Positions 59,420-64,000 of a DNA stretch of 64,000 nt are shown in pieces. Origin of the DNA: Candidatus Omnitrophota bacterium (lineage in GTDB: Bacteria; Omnitrophota; Omnitrophia; Omnitrophales; Aquincolibacteriaceae). A program made the position numbers and the translations under genes. Numbering within the stretch: the first letter of the stretch is position 1; each line of letters starts with the position of its first letter. Where the stretch lies: NCBI GenBank assembly GCA_043821445.1, contig JBDRCT010000010.1:566-64565 (forward strand), written 5' to 3'. The notes beneath the pieces were generated by a model. That model was not told where the DNA came from, did not search any database, and was given only the letters and a program-made list of their open reading frames with translations.

Positions 59420-59447
59420 AGTTTACATAAGATACATTATGGGACGT
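59420..59447 (-). other. dif: XerC/XerD dif recombination site
   Basis: Minus strand reads ACGTCCCATAA-TGTATC-TTATGTAAACT (11-6-11), matching the known dif pattern; intergenic, at the + to - switch in gene orientation. Confidence 0.85.
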
Positions 59448-59875
59448 ACGTTAAGCTGGCCGAGGGATCCTTCTCTACAGCTCGCTGTGTTCTGAGCATG
59501 AAACTCTGCAGGAAAAACATATCGCACGGAATGCGGCGTTTAACTCCCAGGCAAAAGTTTTTCAATGTCCCAGCTTGTTTTCCCCGTTAGCGATAAAGCT
59601 GCGCGACACTTTGCAGTTACTTAGGGATTGCGCGGCACGCATACGCCATTTACGCGCGTACGCCTCTGGAAATGTAAGGGGCTCTTTCTCTCCTGTCTTG
59701 ACCCTAACCTAGAGAGGACTCCCCTATAGCGGAAATGACCCTTTTAAAGGGCCTATAGGAGGGGCTCTTCTATGGAATGGCCTATAAGGGACCCGATTTT
59801 GACCCAAACCGTCAAAATACCATGATTTTGCGCGGTTTTAGGCCATTCTTATGGGGAGTTTGTAGGAGAAGGTAT

Positions 59876-62800
59876 TTAGGCGGCGACGGCGACTTGCTGA
59901 CGGGCCACGATTTCGTCGATGAGGCGAGAAATAAGCGTGTTCGAGAGACAGGCCTCCATGGAGAAGAAGCGACCCTGCACGGCATCGGGCACCGCTTTCA
60001 TCATCGTCACGAACTCGCTCTTTCCTAGCCATGCCGCGATCTGACCTGTCCAGAAGAACTTCGGAGCATTCGTTCCGACATCCGCCTCGTTGTAGATAAA
60101 GACCGAGAACCCAGCTTTCACCAGTTCGTCAAGCACGCCTGAGAGCCGCTCGCCATCCTCGCGAAGCGCAGCATCGGACACCAGGATGGATCCGTGTTGT
60201 TTATTTGGGAAACGCAAAGCTTGAGATCTGAGGTCTTCCGGTGTCCCGGCATGCTTGAGCCCGCCAATGGCTCCAAAAGCCTTCGCATCCTTATAAATGA
60301 TAACTTCCGACTGGACCCGGTTCAGCAGAGTCTCGATCCCGCTGGCATCGACTGTGGCCATAATAATATTTTCCACAAGCTGGATCACATCGCGGCTTAC
60401 GGTCGGATTCGACTGCCGTCCTTCCTGAATGATTGCCAGGAGTGCGCGGATCTTTTCTTTTACAATACCCTCTTCCATCACCTCGACCGTCACAAGATAA
60501 GCCTGCATTTCGGCATCAAGACGGCGGGCTTCCTCCAGCATCTCCGCCGGCTGGAGGGTATGTACCACCTCATGGATCAGGATATCTTTCAATTCCTGGA
60601 CGGAGGACCGGTCAACGACTTCCTGGTTCAGAACGATCTCTTGTCTTCCCTCTGCTGTTTTTCTGGCAAATGCACTGCGGTTTCCAAGCAATTGCTTGTC
60701 GCGCTCTGTCGTGGCGACCCTCATCAGCACTCCTGTCTGAGGATCAAGACCCCTCATGAGCCCCGCGCGATCTAGCCCGTACAACTGCATATCCGTCAAT
60801 TGACTCACGATCCCCTGCGCCACCGTTCTCGCTTCAGCCATCTTTACATCATACCCCGGAACAACAGGCGTTGCCGTCACCGGCGCCACCAATGCCATTT
60901 CCAATCGCAATTCCGAGCGCTGGGCGGCGGGTTGTGCTGGACGAGCGCTGAATGCGGCATCACGGATCCGCTGCCAGAAAAGTCCCAGGATCGGCACGTT
61001 ATGCTCCACGAATTGCGCGAGGTCCTCTATTGAGATCTCATCTTTTCCTTTGTTTATCGGTGTAAGAGGTATGTGCGGAACATTCCTGATCCGAATGATT
61101 TGCATAGTTTTGTCCGGATCGTTCAGGTCAGAAACGCTGGCATAAACAGCATGCCGACCGCCAAATTGGTCACTTTCCACCAACAGCTGGGTTTGGGCAT
61201 CTTCATAGATCACGGCCGTTGGATTAATCGGCGGGTATCCCAAAGCGGCAGCCAACTTCATTACCGCATCGAGGATAAATTTATCCCCCAAGTCACCCGA
61301 CGCGAGCTGCTCCGGTGTCAGCCTTTCAATAAGAAGACCGGTAAACCACTTGAGCGCGCCTTCCTCATTTCCCGCATCACCACCCTCATTCAACTTGATC
61401 TTGCCGCTCAACGCTTGAGAAATCCGTTGATGCACATCTGCCATCAGTTTTGCAGCAGGAGAGTCTTCGGGGGTGACAGCCGCATCCTTCATCTCCCGTT
61501 GCATTTCGGCTTTCTTCGAATAGGCTTCCAAAAGAATCGATAGACTCGTGACCCAAGAGCGCATAAACCGGACGGCGGCCTCCTGGATCACAATTGGATC
61601 TTTAGACTTCGTGACCTCAAGAAGTTCCTTCAGCTCTTCTTCGGTTAGCACTTTCTCAGCACTTCCCGCTTTTTTCGGATCGAAATTTTCGTTGTATTTC
61701 GCGATGGCGATCTTATCCGCAAGGGCCTTATTGCCGGTGCGCACTGCTTCCAACCACTGGTAGAACCAGTTGAAAACGGGGGTCTGCGAAAAATAGGCGT
61801 CCTGTTTTCCAAAAACCGCGCGGTAGCTGTCGAGAAGTTCCGTGAGTTTCTTCGAGCGTGAAGCCGGGGTCAGAGCCTGTGTCTTTCCACCTGCCAGCGT
61901 CTCTTGCCCAGATTCCAGCTCTTGCTCCAGTTTGTCGATCTTCATCTTATTTTCGCTTCCGGCCGCAATACGCTGTTGCGGGGTCGTCGTATCCAAACTC
62001 ACAGCCTCATAGATCGCCATCTTGCGAACCAAAAGTTCAGACTCGTAAGCGCTCATGACTTTCAGCCCACGGAAAACAGTTTCGCGCTCAGTCCGTGGCA
62101 GCATTTTGACAAAGAGAGAGGAAAATTCTTCCGCAAAATAGTCGCGATAAGCCTGACCTTGCGCATCCGAGCCATCCTTCTTGATCCACGTCTTACCTTT
62201 TTTTAAGTCTGCCATCTCACGATCAATTCTCTTGGCATCTTCAGAACCATCACTTACCGTTTTTCTCTCCTTCTGTAATTTTTGAATGCGATGTTCGAAA
62301 TAAGGCAGCGCGAAATTGTTCAAATCACTCTCCATGGTTTCATGGTTGATATAAATGAAGATGTTAGCGTTCACTTCGGCCTCGCTATATCCCAGGGATT
62401 CCATCAAATTTACCTTCTCGACGAGCTGAGCCAAACTGAACTTCATTTTCGTGCCCGACATCATGGCCATTGTGTCCATGTCGGGGGCGATCTCAATGCG
62501 TTCAATCAACTTTTCTTGCGCTTCAATACCTGCCCGCATGCGTCCCTGCTCTTCAGGCGTCAGGACAGAAGCCTTTGTATCGAGCAGTCGTTTCGCTTTT
62601 GCGATGTTGTCTCTCATGATCTGCTTAATCCTCTTGGTGTCGACCACGGAGATCCCTTCGATCTTGTCGATGAATGCGTTCTTGAGCGCCGTGAGCTTGA
62701 GCGCATACACATAGCCATGAGCCCTGTTCTCCTGTTCCAGGGCTACCAGGAAGGGCTTTGCGCCTTCCGTATTCCCCGCTTTCAAAAGCGCGGTAGCCTC

Positions 62801-64000
62801 ATCAAAATTCTGCCGGAAAATCGAGAGCGGAAGCTGCTCCCCCGTAAAACCAATGTGGGCAGCAAAAACATCGCGCATTTCCGGCGAAAGCCACTCGAGC
62901 TCTTCTGCCATATTCCGGAACTGTTCAGCAGAGAGCATTTGCCCCGGATTGTTCGCCTGAAACTTTGCGACCCACAATTCGGCAAGAGCCAGATGCTTCA
63001 GTTCCTTCGTCAAAATATGACCGCCACGATTCAACGCCGCGGCAAGAAGCTTGTTGCTAATCGGGGACATTTCCGGATCGATCACGCGCAGGACCGCCCC
63101 CAGGGTTGCCATATCCCCGGCCGCATACCCGAATTTCGTCAAATTCTCCATGAGTTCCAGGATTGGAATGCCCTGCAGCCCCAGCTCGACTTTTTTGTCT
63201 TCCAGAAACCGCTGGAGTTTAAAGAATTTCAAGTCTTCTGCGTTCAATGTCGGGAGCGCGTCATCAAGCAAAGCCTGACGTTTTGTTAATATTCCTTCCA
63301 ACTCTTTCCGTTGTTCGACAAATTCCGCAGCGGGAGGACTCTTTTCCCCGCCCAGCGCCTTAATGAGTGCATCCAACTGGGCTTTTTGGAGTTTCAAGGC
63401 GGGGATAGTTCCCGGCTGAGCATCGATTAATTTCTGGAGACCAGATGGAACATCGCGCGGATGCAGGGCGATCATGCGGTCGATCGTTTTGAGAATTGCT
63501 TTGTCCCCTGTTTGTTCCTTGAACTGCAGGAGTTGTGCTTCCGCAACAGGTTCACGCAGAACAGGGTTTGCAACAAGCGCCAGCGCTCCTACTCCCGCAA
63601 GCACTTTTCCCGTGCCTGCAAGTAGGACGCCGACAGCACCAAGACCCGGTAGAAAAACAGCACAAACCACGCCGGTGACCAGTAAGCTCGCGGAAAGCCA
63701 TTTCGACTCCACGACTACCCGCAAAGCGGGACGCAACTTCGTATAGACCTTACCGATCAGAGAATCGGGGGCCTTAACTTCTTTGGCGGCAAGCCAACTG
63801 GCAGCCGTCTTCCGCCAGTGGCGGAACCCGAGTGATTCATTCCATGAATTTTTTGCAAGACGTTGATTTTCAGCAGCGGTTTGCGGCAAAAATTGAGCTG
63901 ATTGCTTGTCAAATGACTTGGCAAACTTGACGAACTGGGCAAAAGTAAGACGTTCGAGCTTATTCATGCCCAAGATACCGTCCTGCGCTAAAAGCGGTAT
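59876..64000 (-). CDS. 3' part of a very large hypothetical protein with C-terminal zincin-like HEXXH motif (5'-truncated)
   Basis: Frame is open to the window edge (IPLLAQDGILGMN...), at least 1374 aa; hydrophobic hairpin, long helical region, RSELR linker, ILIHEVVH...EMQAY, ends QQVAVAA. Confidence 0.85.
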   Translation of the reverse strand: MPLLAQDGILGMNKLERLTFAQFVKFAKSFDKQSAQFLPQTAAENQRLAKNSWNESLGFRHWRKTAASWLAAKEVKAPDSLIGKVYTKLRPALRVVVESKWLSASLLVTGVVCAVFLPGLGAVGVLLAGTGKVLAGVGALALVANPVLREPVAEAQLLQFKEQTGDKAILKTIDRMIALHPRDVPSGLQKLIDAQPGTIPALKLQKAQLDALIKALGGEKSPPAAEFVEQRKELEGILTKRQALLDDALPTLNAEDLKFFKLQRFLEDKKVELGLQGIPILELMENLTKFGYAAGDMATLGAVLRVIDPEMSPISNKLLAAALNRGGHILTKELKHLALAELWVAKFQANNPGQMLSAEQFRNMAEELEWLSPEMRDVFAAHIGFTGEQLPLSIFRQNFDEATALLKAGNTEGAKPFLVALEQENRAHGYVYALKLTALKNAFIDKIEGISVVDTKRIKQIMRDNIAKAKRLLDTKASVLTPEEQGRMRAGIEAQEKLIERIEIAPDMDTMAMMSGTKMKFSLAQLVEKVNLMESLGYSEAEVNANIFIYINHETMESDLNNFALPYFEHRIQKLQKERKTVSDGSEDAKRIDREMADLKKGKTWIKKDGSDAQGQAYRDYFAEEFSSLFVKMLPRTERETVFRGLKVMSAYESELLVRKMAIYEAVSLDTTTPQQRIAAGSENKMKIDKLEQELESGQETLAGGKTQALTPASRSKKLTELLDSYRAVFGKQDAYFSQTPVFNWFYQWLEAVRTGNKALADKIAIAKYNENFDPKKAGSAEKVLTEEELKELLEVTKSKDPIVIQEAAVRFMRSWVTSLSILLEAYSKKAEMQREMKDAAVTPEDSPAAKLMADVHQRISQALSGKIKLNEGGDAGNEEGALKWFTGLLIERLTPEQLASGDLGDKFILDAVMKLAAALGYPPINPTAVIYEDAQTQLLVESDQFGGRHAVYASVSDLNDPDKTMQIIRIRNVPHIPLTPINKGKDEISIEDLAQFVEHNVPILGLFWQRIRDAAFSARPAQPAAQRSELRLEMALVAPVTATPVVPGYDVKMAEARTVAQGIVSQLTDMQLYGLDRAGLMRGLDPQTGVLMRVATTERDKQLLGNRSAFARKTAEGRQEIVLNQEVVDRSSVQELKDILIHEVVHTLQPAEMLEEARRLDAEMQAYLVTVEVMEEGIVKEKIRALLAIIQEGRQSNPTVSRDVIQLVENIIMATVDASGIETLLNRVQSEVIIYKDAKAFGAIGGLKHAGTPEDLRSQALRFPNKQHGSILVSDAALREDGERLSGVLDELVKAGFSVFIYNEADVGTNAPKFFWTGQIAAWLGKSEFVTMMKAVPDAVQGRFFSMEACLSNTLISRLIDEIVARQQVAVAA

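Overview
Bacterial chromosomal window in which almost every gene from 1 to 59.4 kb is on the + strand. Gene style and a giant-protein fragment suggest Candidatus Omnitrophota or a similar lineage (inference only). (i) 1-7.9 kb is a visibly AT-richer accessory block: a tandem array of at least 4 paralogues whose SGNH/GDSL hydrolase motifs are split by a TPR array, followed by a GT-C (ArnT/PMT-like) glycosyltransferase. (ii) 7.9-46 kb is a housekeeping run: ppnP, def-fmt, gap-pgk-tpiA-secG, recG-rsmD-coaD-DUF177-rpmF-plsX-fabHDG-acpP-fabF, smc, pgsA-like, plsY, recA-recX-alaS, hisDBHAFI, trpEGDCF and a PAS kinase/NtrC pair. (iii) 46-59.4 kb holds a PilZ protein, a YyaL-like protein, a methyltransferase, a solitary dnaK with a sigma54-like promoter, a MoxR/DUF58/Bat operon and yqeY. 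(iv) A convincing XerC/D dif site at 59420-59447 sits where gene orientation flips, followed by the 3' end of a very large minus-strand gene with an HEXXH motif. The intergenic DNA holds several families of small structured repeats: a ~85-bp double-hairpin element (6 copies), CCCCGTTAGAG inverted-repeat elements that supply stop codons, heptamer hairpins and a 330-nt folded element. Two of these insertions appear to keep translational coupling intact through bridging micro-ORFs. No tRNA, rRNA, CRISPR array, transposase or integrase was recognised. All calls come from reading motifs; no database search was run.
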